Below are positions 1-10,052 of a stretch of 64,000 nucleotides of DNA, piece by piece. The position numbers were made by a program, and so were the translations under genes. Location: positions 126,299 through 190,298 of the IMG/VR virus record IMGVR_UViG_3300037361_000044; one strand, 5' to 3'. The notes under the pieces are model-generated. The model worked only from the letters and a program-made list of their open reading frames with translations, had not been told where the DNA came from and did not search any database. This DNA is from a virus (lineage: Duplodnaviria > Caudoviricetes). Each line of letters opens with the position of its first letter. Position 1 is the first letter of the stretch.

Positions 1-1
1 T

Positions 2-274
2 CTTATCTGCGTCGTTGTTGATCTTGGTACTGTAGTTGTCGAAGGGGCCGCAGGAGATGCCCTTCAAGCGTACTACCTTCTCGGCAGCCTCCAGGGCAGT
101 GTTGTGCTGCTCCACCAGGTCGTCGAACTGACGGAACACGTCGGGATTGTCTACCCGCAGAGCCATGAGTTGTTCCTGGACGTCCAGGTAGGCACTCACT
201 TCGGGTATGGCTTCGGCTGGCAGCCGAGCTCCGTTTTCTACGGCCGGTGTGGTCTTCTTCTTTTTAGCCGCCAT
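2..274 (-). CDS. Hypothetical protein, 3' end beyond window (MAAKKKKTTPAVENGARLPAEAIPEVSAYLDVQEQL...)
   Basis: Manual translation; ATG at 274 with GAGGAG upstream, overlaps UDG stop; open to the window edge. Confidence 0.75.
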   Translation of the reverse strand, partial: MAAKKKKTTPAVENGARLPAEAIPEVSAYLDVQEQLMALRVDNPDVFRQFDDLVEQHNTALEAAEKVVRLKGISCGPFDNYSTKINNDADK

Positions 275-1109
275 CTTCAGGCTCCTCTTCTTCCTCGTTA
301 CGTAGGTCGGGGTCGGTGTAGTAGGTGGGCACAATGCCCGTCACTTCCTCATGGTAGCGCCGGTACATCGCTCTGGCACGCTTTAGGTCCTCGGACAGCC
401 TGTCGAAGCTATTGCCACGCCCGTAGTCCAAGATCGAATTGTTGGCGTCCTCTGGGTCTACCGTCGGTATCATGTGGTACCCAACAGGGAATGGCTCTAC
501 TGGCCGTTGCCACACGCCCTTGAACTTACGCTTCCAGACTTGCTTCTTCGCGGATAGCGACGGGACGAATCCAACCCCGGGGACTGTGATCATCATGGAC
601 TTGACCATGTTGCTCAGCTTTACCGAAGCTCCGGCTAGCGCCGAGGCTGCATGCTGGCCTAGCGCCACAATCACCACAGGGTCGACTATGTAGACCTCCT
701 CGATGAGCCGCTGTCGACAGGCCGTCATCTGCGGAATGTTGGGTGGCTGATCCGCCAGCATGGGTCCTTGGTCTTCGCCACGCCAGTTGGTCCGTCGGCG
801 CTCCTGCATCTTGTCGTCCAGCATCGGAGCACAGCTTCGGCACGCTACCAAGTTGGTGTAGTAGGCTGGCTGGATCTGCAGCTGACGGACCATCTTCAGC
901 AGTAACTGCCCTCCGGAGCTAGAGAAAAGGCCACGCTCTTGCTCATCCCTGGAGTTAGGAGCGGAGCCGATGAACATGATGCCGTTTGGGTCTCCACCAC
1001 CTAGCAACACCGGCAGGTTTATGGGGCGGTACATGTGAAGGTCACATGCGCTGCAGCCGTCCCATTCTGCCGCTAGTTCTTCCATGGTTTTTCGTGCGTC
1101 TGTAGGCAA
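264..1109 (-). CDS. Uracil-DNA glycosylase family 4-like protein (Fe-S), catalytic motifs degenerate
   Basis: CSACDL, IMFIGSAP, YYTNLVACR, C..RLIEEV.IVDPVVIVALG pattern of family-4 UDG; start may be ATG 1085. Confidence 0.8.
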   Translation of the reverse strand: MPTDARKTMEELAAEWDGCSACDLHMYRPINLPVLLGGGDPNGIMFIGSAPNSRDEQERGLFSSSGGQLLLKMVRQLQIQPAYYTNLVACRSCAPMLDDKMQERRRTNWRGEDQGPMLADQPPNIPQMTACRQRLIEEVYIVDPVVIVALGQHAASALAGASVKLSNMVKSMMITVPGVGFVPSLSAKKQVWKRKFKGVWQRPVEPFPVGYHMIPTVDPEDANNSILDYGRGNSFDRLSEDLKRARAMYRRYHEEVTGIVPTYYTDPDLRNEEEEEPEDGG

Positions 1110-1110
1110 G

Positions 1111-3882
1111 CTATCCTCCTGTGCGTGGTGTCCTTATCCCCACCGTCGACCCTTGTCTGCGGGATAGAGACGGGTGGTCTACCTGCAGGTACTTGAATGG
1201 GCCGCCTTCATCCACGGGCCAATCCCTGAGGTGTCTTCGTAGTTTCATGCACTGCCCTATCAGTGGCCCAACATTGTCCTCCAAGAAAACCAGCTCAGAG
1301 TTGTGCTTGTCTCTTGGGCGCCCCATCACCTGCTGCAAGACGTTCTTGTCCGACATGGGCTCGCACACAACGATGGCTGACAGCTTCTTATCGTCCAACC
1401 CCTCTCTGCCGTACTTCATAATGGCAAAGATGACTTGGCGCTCTGCCAGCATGCGCATGCGGTCTGCAGGTTTTACTGCCTCCGTGAATAGTCCGGCATC
1501 ACTCTTCTTGCCCAGCAGTTCTAGCAGGAAGGCGCGCTGCCTACGCCTGTACTCCTTCTCTGTCTTCTTCCAGACCTCGTACTGGTCCAGCATCTGCTGA
1601 TACTTCTCTTCACGTGCGGTGAACGCTTCACGTTTGTTCTGTGGCAGGCTCTTGGTCAACGCTAGGTTCCTGCGAATCTCCTTCAGGGTGGCGGTGACTT
1701 TCTTGACGTAGGCGCTGCTGAGCTGAAGGGGTTGCAACGCCTCCCCGACCTCCTCAGGCGCTGGGTACGGCAGGTCCGTGTAGAGCGGGGTATTCGGATC
1801 CTTTGCTGTCCACAGGGTCATCAAGTTGATAACCTCGTCCACTGAGTAGGAGAGCACAATCACCTTGTGCCCCATACCGGTCAGGCGTTGCACCTCGGGT
1901 ATTACAACCGTGGTCATGCGCGTACGGTTGGAACCGAAGTACCCAGCCAACTTGCCAAGATGTACTTCCCCAGTCGTGTCGAGGATGGCGGCCTTCGTGG
2001 TAGGGTCTTCCATGTCCGGCTTGAACCCCGTCCACTTGAAGACGATCTTCGGTGGGTGGTCTTGCACCACGTCTTTGAAGATGATGTCACCCATGTGGTG
2101 CTGGCAAATGACCTGAGTGCCGTCAGTTCGGTCAGGCGTAGCGGTGAGCGCCAGACGGTAGCCGTAAAAAAGAGGAGCAGACTTCGAGAACGTAGGCGCG
2201 TTCACGTGATGCCCCTCATCCCAGATGCTTAGGCCAAACTTGCGACGGCACGCTTCCGGCATGGAATCTGCCCAGTTCGCCAAGGTCTGGTAGGTGGCCA
2301 TGACCACGCTCTTGTTCCAGTCCTTGGTTGAGCCCTGTATCAGACCAACACCGCCGGGCACCTCAAGGTGCCGTTCAATCTCCTGCATCCACTGGTGCAG
2401 TAGATGCGTGTTGTCTACCGCGATTAGCACAGGTACTTGCATCAGCGCTGCCAGGTGCAGCGCCACGACCGTGTTGTGCGTAACTATGAAATTCTCAGTT
2501 ACGTATAAAGAGTCCGCCGCCAGCACAGATATGCAGACGCACTCGGCAGTACCTGCGTAGCTTACCTGCTTTATGTACTGCCTGGTGTAGCGTCCATTGC
2601 CCCAGCGTGGGTGCGTTATGTGCAGCCTTACTGATGGTGCTCCTGCTTTCTTTTCTCCTTTGTAAGTGTAGTAGGTTTGTCTTCTCTCCTGGTGTACTCG
2701 GCACCCTAAGGACCGCGCCAAGCAAGTCACATCCTCGGCCAATTGCTTTGATGATGTTGAGTATGTACGCCCACAGCTGGTGATGGACCCGTCCGTTACC
2801 AGGAGCCCGTCAAGCAGTGCCCACCTGTCCTTGACCTTCGCTAGCAGTAAAGGTTTTGGTATGAACTTGTGCAGAGAATCCACGCCCACTAGGCCGTACC
2901 GAGTCAATGCATCCCAGAGAGGGCTCTTGGCATCTCGCGCAAAGCGCACCATTGTGGTCAGGTTTTTGTTTCTGGCTGTCGCCGGTAGCAGGTCGGCCGC
3001 GTCTCCTGCCCTTTTGAGGGCCTTGAGTAACTTGTTGTGCAGCGCCCTATTTCCCTTGTCGATTTGTATGCGCCGTGCGCCGTTGTAGACAGCCGAGTGC
3101 CCATCGCCCAAATAGACGCCAAGCACCCACGCGTCGTACAGACTGGGTGGGCCATCGAACTCAATTTCGCCGACACGAGGAATGGAGTGGTTAGCGCCCG
3201 CCTTAGTCGTCAAGGTTTTCTGGATCTCTCGAGTGGTTCTTACTACGCCTGGTATTCCTTTTCTTCTGTCCGACGGGGTTTGGGTTAGCCAGAGATGGTC
3301 GTTACAGCACTTGGTGCACGTACCGTCGTCCATCACAACCCTGTAGGTACGTAGCTTGCCCTGAGGGTACACGCCGGTTACGTGGACAGGCTTCCCGCTT
3401 GCGCCGATAACTAAGTCACCTGTCCGCAGGCCACCAATGGGTCTCCAGCCGGCTGGTGTGAGTACCGGTGTGTCTACTGGTTGCGCCTTACCCTTCCCAC
3501 AAGCCAACTGCAGAGTTCCGCCCATGGCTAGTAAAAGAGCGCCTATGGCGTCACGTTGGATGGTCTTGCCCGTTGGCTGCAGGATGCCACCAGGTCCCGG
3601 CTTGTAGTCGAGATGTACTTTGCTTACAACCCCGGTTCTTTCGTAGAACTGCGGTCGGCAATCAACGCATTCGAACGTTAGTTCTTCTGGCTTCCAGAAC
3701 GCGCGAGGTACCACCAGGTGGTGCTCCGACTCCTCCCAGAGTCGGAGACACCCAATAGTATTGCGGTCAGGAAGCTCGAATTCTAGCGCGCGCTTGACTC
3801 CATCCACGTTTATCAGGGACTTCGGCACGTGTAGCATCGTGTCGATGTATCCCCTTGTTGGATCGCGCTTGACGAGCTTCAT
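1111..3882 (-). CDS. Superfamily 2 (DExH) helicase precursor containing an intein
   Basis: Walker A CGKGK/T split by intein, IWDEGHH, LTATPDR, GREGLD, QQVMGR. Confidence 0.9.
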   Translation of the reverse strand: MKLVKRDPTRGYIDTMLHVPKSLINVDGVKRALEFELPDRNTIGCLRLWEESEHHLVVPRAFWKPEELTFECVDCRPQFYERTGVVSKVHLDYKPGPGGILQPTGKTIQRDAIGALLLAMGGTLQLACGKGKAQPVDTPVLTPAGWRPIGGLRTGDLVIGASGKPVHVTGVYPQGKLRTYRVVMDDGTCTKCCNDHLWLTQTPSDRRKGIPGVVRTTREIQKTLTTKAGANHSIPRVGEIEFDGPPSLYDAWVLGVYLGDGHSAVYNGARRIQIDKGNRALHNKLLKALKRAGDAADLLPATARNKNLTTMVRFARDAKSPLWDALTRYGLVGVDSLHKFIPKPLLLAKVKDRWALLDGLLVTDGSITSCGRTYSTSSKQLAEDVTCLARSLGCRVHQERRQTYYTYKGEKKAGAPSVRLHITHPRWGNGRYTRQYIKQVSYAGTAECVCISVLAADSLYVTENFIVTHNTVVALHLAALMQVPVLIAVDNTHLLHQWMQEIERHLEVPGGVGLIQGSTKDWNKSVVMATYQTLANWADSMPEACRRKFGLSIWDEGHHVNAPTFSKSAPLFYGYRLALTATPDRTDGTQVICQHHMGDIIFKDVVQDHPPKIVFKWTGFKPDMEDPTTKAAILDTTGEVHLGKLAGYFGSNRTRMTTVVIPEVQRLTGMGHKVIVLSYSVDEVINLMTLWTAKDPNTPLYTDLPYPAPEEVGEALQPLQLSSAYVKKVTATLKEIRRNLALTKSLPQNKREAFTAREEKYQQMLDQYEVWKKTEKEYRRRQRAFLLELLGKKSDAGLFTEAVKPADRMRMLAERQVIFAIMKYGREGLDDKKLSAIVVCEPMSDKNVLQQVMGRPRDKHNSELVFLEDNVGPLIGQCMKLRRHLRDWPVDEGGPFKYLQVDHPSLSRRQGSTVGIRTPRTGG
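1133..1159 (-). promoter_or_regulatory. Putative phage promoter variant CAG-N19-ATAAG upstream of UDG
   Basis: Minus strand CAGACAAGGGTCGACGGTGGGGATAAG; same spacing as the other copies but lies inside helicase 3' end. Confidence 0.35.
2473..3486 (-). mobile_element. 338-aa class 3 (Ala1) intein with LAGLIDADG homing endonuclease
   Basis: Starts AQPVDTPVLTPAGW, ends VTENFIVTHN/T; block B DHLW, block F CVCISV; WVLGVYLGDG and LLDGLLVTDGS motifs. Confidence 0.92.
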
Positions 3883-3892
3883 CCTGGTTCTC

Positions 3893-4441
3893 CTATTCTT
3901 CTCGTTTGCCGAACGGCTCTACATCGAAGAAGTGCGCAAGTGTATGTCCGAACGACTTACCCATGGAGCGTGTAATCTCTGTGCCCAGTCTCCGCAACAG
4001 CCCTTGCCCAGTCGCGGGCTCACGGACTGTTAGGTACTGCGGCATTGAGTAGTTCACGGGCACCAGCTGGGCAAGCCCTCCCTGCGGATGGTACTGGCTC
4101 GGTGCCGCGTGCACCGGCGGGTATCCTTGGGTCTGCTGCCCGGGGTACATGGGAGGCCTGTACGGTTGGGCGGCTGTTACGTTGGGTTGCGTGAACGTGG
4201 TTGGTGGCGCCTGTGGTCGGTACAAGCTACTGGCTGGTACAACAGCCTGGCCGGCATGCTGCCGGTTGGCTTGGCAGCGGGTCGAGCAGGCGGACACCAT
4301 GTCACAGGCGGGGCGCACATGCCCCCCATCCTCGTCGGTAAAGGCTGCGTCATTCCCCCCGACGCACTCTGGAGCGTTTCTGTCGAACTGCAGCCCGTAG
4401 CAATTTGGCACAGTTTTCGTTGTTTGGTTCGTTTTCAGCAA
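3893..4441 (-). CDS. Hypothetical protein, Cys-rich N-terminus and P/Q/Y-rich middle
   Basis: ORF 3893..4537; likely TTG start at 4441 after GAGGAGG. Confidence 0.7.
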   Translation of the reverse strand: MLKTNQTTKTVPNCYGLQFDRNAPECVGGNDAAFTDEDGGHVRPACDMVSACSTRCQANRQHAGQAVVPASSLYRPQAPPTTFTQPNVTAAQPYRPPMYPGQQTQGYPPVHAAPSQYHPQGGLAQLVPVNYSMPQYLTVREPATGQGLLRRLGTEITRSMGKSFGHTLAHFFDVEPFGKREE

Positions 4442-4577
4442 GGATCCTCCTCGTAGCCGTAGGTACGCTTCATGCTCCAATTCTCTTTTCCCCTTTCTGC
4501 CTCGTCGTTTGCAGCTTGTTCCGCTAAGTAACCCCATCTAGTATTCTTGTCGTGCTACAACGCATGGAGAGGCATCG

Positions 4578-6023
4578 ATGAAAACCGCCGGACTCATACT
4601 GGACCTGTACGACAACCCGAAAGACCTCAGCAGCATCTACCTCACTCTGGATGAGGTTCCCGAGATGGTGAAGTCGGCTCAGGTTCTCAGCTCTGTGGAG
4701 CTGGACCAACTGCCAGACACCGCTTTTGCTTTGGTGCTGATGGAGGGTGAGTCACGTCTTCGCAAGTACGCTTGCATTGATGGTGGCGGCACCGAGGTGA
4801 ACGTGCAGTACTTCCTGCTACACGGACACAAGCTGCCTGAAGAGGCGCAGAAGACTGCTGCGGCGAACTTGATTACAGCTTGTGGTTGGTATGGCATCGA
4901 GCCGCCGCCCGAGCTGGAGAAGATCGCACTGGGTTTGAATGGCTTGATGACGGCGGCGATGGCGCCTTCGTTGCTGAAGGGCACGCACCAGCAGATCAGC
5001 ACAAACATGGCTGGGGCATCTGCTGGAGGAGGTCGTGTTATGCCGCTGTTGGAGCAGCAAACGCTAGGGCGCATGGCGAAGAGTGCGGAGGCTTCGGGTA
5101 CGGCGCTGATGCCGAGCCAGGATGCCGGGGATTTGGGGGCAGCCGTTGCTCGAGGGCGTCCTGGCACCACAAACACCAGCGCCCAGAAGTCAGCAAGTAC
5201 AGGGCACCTTGTTCCTGGCCACAATGGCGAGAAGGGCGACGTGCTTGAGCAGGCGTTTGGTGTTGCTGGCACGCAGTACCAAAAGGCACCACAGACACCG
5301 GTGCAGGCGCTGCGGCCGCATGTGGATGTCACTGGCAAGCAGCCACCGAAGAAGTTGGAGACCAAGATGGCTTCCGTCTACGCCTACGAGAACGTATTTC
5401 CACTCGATGACTACGCGCAGGTGAAGCAAGCTTCCGCGTACTTTGATGCCAACTTGCCAGCAATGCCCCCGTCGATGCGACACGAGTTTGCTGTACACAT
5501 GGTGGGTAGGGCTTCCGAGTTAGGCATAGAGTTCAGCAAGGAAGCTGCGGCGTACGGCTCTACGGAATTTGCCGAAGATGAGCAGCTTCAAGCAGCCTTG
5601 GACATGCGCCGCCCGTTCCTGTCGAAGGAAGCCTCCGCCGCGGTGGACGAGCTCTACGCGCAACGTGCGGCACTGGGTCCAGCGATGTACTGCGAGCTGT
5701 TGGAGGGGATCGATAAGGTTGCTGAGATCGAGTGGCGGTACGACCGCGCCATCTTGGACCCTTACGCCTCCACGTTTGGCGTGAAGGTGGCGGAAGCTCA
5801 CGAGACTTGGACGCACGCAAACGACTACGTCACCAAGAAGCAGATGGAAAGCTTTGCTGTCACTGCCGCGTTGGCCCTTCGGGATGACTACGGCGATGAC
5901 TTCGTGAAGGATTTCCAGAAGGACCCGTGGGGGATCTTCAACTCGTTACCACTTCCGCAGAAGGTTCGTATCGCTCGCCGCGCCAGCGATAACAGCGCCA
6001 CGGGCATGCACGATGTCCAGTAA
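4578..6023 (+). CDS. Putative head-assembly/internal head protein, K-x-A-rich
   Basis: GGAGAGG RBS; at least 12 K-x-A motifs; first gene of the portal operon. Confidence 0.6.
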   Translation: MKTAGLILDLYDNPKDLSSIYLTLDEVPEMVKSAQVLSSVELDQLPDTAFALVLMEGESRLRKYACIDGGGTEVNVQYFLLHGHKLPEEAQKTAAANLITACGWYGIEPPPELEKIALGLNGLMTAAMAPSLLKGTHQQISTNMAGASAGGGRVMPLLEQQTLGRMAKSAEASGTALMPSQDAGDLGAAVARGRPGTTNTSAQKSASTGHLVPGHNGEKGDVLEQAFGVAGTQYQKAPQTPVQALRPHVDVTGKQPPKKLETKMASVYAYENVFPLDDYAQVKQASAYFDANLPAMPPSMRHEFAVHMVGRASELGIEFSKEAAAYGSTEFAEDEQLQAALDMRRPFLSKEASAAVDELYAQRAALGPAMYCELLEGIDKVAEIEWRYDRAILDPYASTFGVKVAEAHETWTHANDYVTKKQMESFAVTAALALRDDYGDDFVKDFQKDPWGIFNSLPLPQKVRIARRASDNSATGMHDVQ

Positions 6024-6816
6024 AGAAGAGCTGTTCGATAGGATCCTCGCTAGCGTCAAGTCCAGGCAGCCCAAGCTACCGCTGGACGAGGAGCCCACAG
6101 CCGTAGTTGAGACCGCTCAGGGCGATGAGTCCGCCGCAGGCTTGCCCGCACCCCGCGAGGAGCAGTACAAGACGGCAGCGGCCACTCCGGAGAACTTCCT
6201 GCGGAATACCGAGACGCATCCCATCATCCTGGACCTGGTTCTGCTGAACAAGTACGGGGTTGATTGGTTGGGGTGGGAGCCTGAGACCTTGGTGGCAAAG
6301 CTCCAAGAGGACTTCCACACGTTCACGGTGGCCGACGTCAACATTGAGAAGATGCAGGCGTGCAAGGTGCTGCACCTGGTTGACGACTTTTGGTTGCGTT
6401 GGGAGGTGTTTCTCCCCTGCGTGGCAGCCTTCAACGGGCACCTGGCGGACTTCGACAACATGCAGGTGCCGACTGTGGCCGAGTGTATGTTGGCCGTAGA
6501 TATTGCCAACCGTATCCGTGACGACGTGCAATGGAGCGGTGAGCTCAAGACGTACTTGGCGGTGGTCCACAAGCATGACAGCGAGTTGGTGCCGCAGGCG
6601 CCCCTCGAGTTCGTGACGGTGGATACGGACGACCTGCACGTCGACTGTGAGGAGGTACGCCGCAGGTGGCCGGAAGTTAGGGCGAAGGGCCAGCTTCCGT
6701 CAGGTGCTAGTATCGAGGACGAGCAGCTGCGAAAGATGCTCGGCTCCTGGGTGTACCTGGAAGCCATGCGTACTCGTCTTCAATCTCAACTTCTGACGGT
6801 GTTGAAGCATGTTTGA
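6013..6816 (+). CDS. Hypothetical protein (portal operon)
   Basis: Coupled ORF with coding-like codon usage. Confidence 0.75.
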   Translation: MSSKEELFDRILASVKSRQPKLPLDEEPTAVVETAQGDESAAGLPAPREEQYKTAAATPENFLRNTETHPIILDLVLLNKYGVDWLGWEPETLVAKLQEDFHTFTVADVNIEKMQACKVLHLVDDFWLRWEVFLPCVAAFNGHLADFDNMQVPTVAECMLAVDIANRIRDDVQWSGELKTYLAVVHKHDSELVPQAPLEFVTVDTDDLHVDCEEVRRRWPEVRAKGQLPSGASIEDEQLRKMLGSWVYLEAMRTRLQSQLLTVLKHV

Positions 6817-7963
6817 CCCAGACTTTTCCGAGCCAGCCATGAACGGGTTCCTTGAGCAGCTTCAGAAGGAAGCGCTCACGGCGCCTGTTTCCAGCATCAT
6901 GTCAAGCTTGGCGCGGCCGGGGCGGTTGCACGCCATGCAGGCGGGCATGGGTAGCGGTATGGGGCTAGGTCTAGGTGCTGGCCTGCTTGGCGGAGGAGCC
7001 CTGGGTGGTGTCAAAGCGTACAGGCAAGCTCGCGCCGAGGGCGCCAGTCCACTCTCGGCGGTGGGCAGTACCTTGGGCGGTGTGGCGCACGGGGCTCTGC
7101 GTGGCGGCGTCACTGGGGTAGCCCTCGGCGCCGGCGGCGGTGCTCTGCTAGGTGCAGCCGCACCTACGCAGGTCATCTCAGCGACCAAGCAGCTGGCGAA
7201 GATGCCCGGTAAGGCTGGAGAGTTCTCCAGGTTTGGGCAAAGGCAGGTACACAGCGTGACTGGCTGGAAGCCAGGTGGTGCAACGGCGTCCATTGAGCAG
7301 ATTGGAGCTGGAGCCCACGGCGCGCGCGAAACGGCAAAGGGGGCACTTGCAAGCCTTGGCAAGTCCCCGGAGATGGATGCGCTCGTGGCGGCGCATTCGA
7401 AGGGGCCTGCGGAGGTGGCGGCTGCTCGCCAAGCCTTGCAGGCAGGGCCGGGCGCGAAGCTTACACAGGCGCACAAGGCACTGCGCTCGGCAGAGACGTC
7501 GCAGCAGATGGGCCTGACCAGCCTCCCCGGGTACGCCAAGTCCATTGGCAAGAACGGTTTGATCCCCACGGTGGCCACAGGTGTCAAGGAACAGTGGCAG
7601 GCCTCGGGGCCAAAGGGCAAAGCCATGATGCTCGCGCTCCCCGCTATCTCGGCCGCTGGCACGCTGAAGGCGCCGGATCAGCCAGGAGGTAGAGGAAAGG
7701 GAGAGACAATTGGCAGATTGGCGGGAAGTACATTAGGGTCTCTCGCAGCTCCTATGTCTCTCACCGGTGGTCTGCTGCTTGGTAGTGCGTTCGAACACGC
7801 GGGTGGAGCCATGGGTAAGGGCGTTGACAAGCTGCGCGGCAGGCGCCCCGCGGTACCACAAGACCCGACTCCTCCTCCCGCCACGGCGCCAGGGGATACT
7901 GGGCAGGCGGCAGTTGAGCACGTTTACGGCACCGGCTACGGCGGCGCTGGAGGGTTGGAATAG
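6809..7963 (+). CDS. Glycine-zipper, membrane-associating putative internal virion protein
   Basis: N-terminal FLEQLQKEA then GxxxG runs (GMGLGLGAGLLGGGALGG; GVALGAGGGALLG). Confidence 0.6.
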   Translation: MFDPDFSEPAMNGFLEQLQKEALTAPVSSIMSSLARPGRLHAMQAGMGSGMGLGLGAGLLGGGALGGVKAYRQARAEGASPLSAVGSTLGGVAHGALRGGVTGVALGAGGGALLGAAAPTQVISATKQLAKMPGKAGEFSRFGQRQVHSVTGWKPGGATASIEQIGAGAHGARETAKGALASLGKSPEMDALVAAHSKGPAEVAAARQALQAGPGAKLTQAHKALRSAETSQQMGLTSLPGYAKSIGKNGLIPTVATGVKEQWQASGPKGKAMMLALPAISAAGTLKAPDQPGGRGKGETIGRLAGSTLGSLAAPMSLTGGLLLGSAFEHAGGAMGKGVDKLRGRRPAVPQDPTPPPATAPGDTGQAAVEHVYGTGYGGAGGLE

Positions 7964-7966
7964 TTC

Positions 7967-10003
7967 ATGAGTATCCCAGGCTCGTTGCAGATGGGTGGTG
8001 CTGGTGGCGCGTCGCGTTTTGCGCAGACGCGTGGGCGTATGGGCAACGGAATGAACCAAGGGGTGAACTACCCCAGTCCGTTCTTCGACATTGCGCATAC
8101 GTACCTGCCTACGACGGTCAAGGCGATGTTCCGGTGGTGCCGGTACTACTTCATGACCAACCCCATCATCAATGCCACGGTCTTCAAGCTCTCCGAGTAC
8201 CCGATCACGGAGATTCAGATCGACCATCCAGAGCCCTCTGTGGCCAGACGTTGGAAGGAGTACTTCGAAGACCATCTGAATTACAGGGCGTTTCAGATCG
8301 AGTGCGGGCTCGACTACAACACGTATGGCAATTGCCTGTCGAGTTTGAGTTTCCCGTTCAAGAAGTACTTGACCTGTTCGTACTGCCAGCACCAGGCGGA
8401 GGCTAAGCGTATCCGTCCGCACTGGGTGTTCACCAACTACGAGTACCGACTTAGCTGTCCGAAGTGCGGGCAGGTCGGCACTGCCGCGGCCAAGGACATC
8501 TACTTCAAGAATGAGGCCGGCATCTCGATGATGCGCTGGAGCCCGGAGGACGTTGAGATCAGCTACTCTGCTCTAACAGGCGAGCACACGTACTTCTACA
8601 ACATCCCGCCGTCTGTTCGTAACGACGTCATCATCGGTAAGAAGGATGCCGTGGAGCAGGTGCCAGAGGTGTTCATCCAGGCACTACGCCAGCAGAAGGG
8701 CGTAGTGTTCTCGAAGGAGCTGTTCTTCCATCTCCGTCGTCCGACGCTGGCTGACCAGGACCGTGGCTGGGGGATCCCGCTGCTGCTGCCCTGTTTGAAG
8801 GATACGTTCTACCTGCAGATCATGAAGAAGGCGCAGGAGGCTATCCTCCTCGAGCACATCGTGCCCCTTCGTATCCTGTTCCCGCAGGCAGGCTCTGGGA
8901 CCTCGGATCCATACACATCGGTCAACCTGGTGGATTGGCGTGACCACGTGGCTACGGAAATAGCGCGTTGGCGCATGGATCCCAACTACATCCCAATCCT
9001 GCCGTTACCCGTTGGTAACCAGACGATTGGTGGGGATGGCCGCGCGCTGCTGATGGTTCAAGAGATGCAGACGTTGAGTGAGCAGCTCATCAACGGTATG
9101 CAGGTACCTCTGGAGTTCATCAAGGGTGGCTTGAGCTTCTCTGGTACGAACGTGTCTATGCGCATGCTCGAGAACCAGTTCATCATCTACCTGTCCCGCC
9201 ATCGTCGTATGGCGCGGTGGGTCATGCGCAGTGTCGCTGATTACCTTGGCTGGCCGCTGGCGGACATCCGCTTCAAGCCCTTCAAGATGGCTGATGACAT
9301 CCAACGGAAGGCCTTCCTCTTCCAACTCAACCAGGCCAATAAAGTCAGCGACACCACGCTGCTGGCTGACTCCGATCTGGACCAGACGCGAGAAGACCAA
9401 ATCATGGAGCGCGAGACCGCTGCCCGTATCAAGGCGACGGAGAAGCAGCAGCTTGCCAACGCGGAACTGCAAGGCAAGCAGCAGGCCATCATGATGAAAA
9501 TGCAGGCCAAAGCTCAGCAGGAAATGCAAGCCGCGTTGGCTGCCCCCTCCGCTCCGGGTGAGCCTGGTGGGCCAGATGCTGGCGCAGCGCCCCCCGGTGG
9601 GCAAGGTGGTGCACAAGTAGCTCCCGACAGCCCAATGGGGGCCATGCAGAGTCCACTCAATGCTGGACAAAACATGGGCATGGGCACCAGCCAATCCCCA
9701 GGGCAGTCGCCCCAGATGGGTGGCGCCAACATCATCGTGATGGCGCAGACCATCGCTCAGGAGCTCTCCACGTTGAATGCGGGGCAGCAGCTAATTGCCA
9801 TCAAGAATCTGCGTATGCAGTCCCCAGAGCTGGCGGACTTGGTGATGCAGAACTTGCGGGCAATGCCGCAGCAGTCCAACGACCCAATGGCAATGGGAAA
9901 CCCCAACGCGCAGCTGGGCATGAATGGGCAAGCAGCGCAGCAGGTGGATATGCGACCCTTGCCTGAGAAGCTTCCGCCTCGTCGCGCTGCAGGCATGGTC
10001 TGA
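7967..10003 (+). CDS. Portal protein with Zn-ribbon insertion and low-complexity C-terminal tail
   Basis: YFMTNPIINATV, DYNTYGNC, FFHLRRP, GWGIPLL, LINGMQVPLEFI portal-like blocks; CSYC...CPKC insertion. Confidence 0.8.
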   Translation: MSIPGSLQMGGAGGASRFAQTRGRMGNGMNQGVNYPSPFFDIAHTYLPTTVKAMFRWCRYYFMTNPIINATVFKLSEYPITEIQIDHPEPSVARRWKEYFEDHLNYRAFQIECGLDYNTYGNCLSSLSFPFKKYLTCSYCQHQAEAKRIRPHWVFTNYEYRLSCPKCGQVGTAAAKDIYFKNEAGISMMRWSPEDVEISYSALTGEHTYFYNIPPSVRNDVIIGKKDAVEQVPEVFIQALRQQKGVVFSKELFFHLRRPTLADQDRGWGIPLLLPCLKDTFYLQIMKKAQEAILLEHIVPLRILFPQAGSGTSDPYTSVNLVDWRDHVATEIARWRMDPNYIPILPLPVGNQTIGGDGRALLMVQEMQTLSEQLINGMQVPLEFIKGGLSFSGTNVSMRMLENQFIIYLSRHRRMARWVMRSVADYLGWPLADIRFKPFKMADDIQRKAFLFQLNQANKVSDTTLLADSDLDQTREDQIMERETAARIKATEKQQLANAELQGKQQAIMMKMQAKAQQEMQAALAAPSAPGEPGGPDAGAAPPGGQGGAQVAPDSPMGAMQSPLNAGQNMGMGTSQSPGQSPQMGGANIIVMAQTIAQELSTLNAGQQLIAIKNLRMQSPELADLVMQNLRAMPQQSNDPMAMGNPNAQLGMNGQAAQQVDMRPLPEKLPPRRAAGMV

Positions 10004-10050
10004 TAGGGGGCTAAGAGAAAAAGGGGTCTTGGCGGACCCCTTTCTCCTTT
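10003..10050. terminator. Terminator-like hairpin between convergent genes; on minus strand hairpin-TTTTTCTCT-TAGCCCCC
   Basis: AAAGGGGTC-TTGGCG-GACCCCTTT stem-loop. Confidence 0.8.
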
Positions 10051-10052
10051 CA

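Noticed and set aside
241-272. TTCTTCTTTTTAGCC resembling the TAGC terminator motif
   Set aside because: It is the reverse complement of the MAAKKKKT coding start of the minus-strand gene
104-523. Plus-strand 139-aa ORF and other long antisense ORFs (e.g. 37857..38999, 20028..20885, 31750..32610)
   Set aside because: Shadow frames of well-supported genes in high-GC DNA; no motifs or RBS
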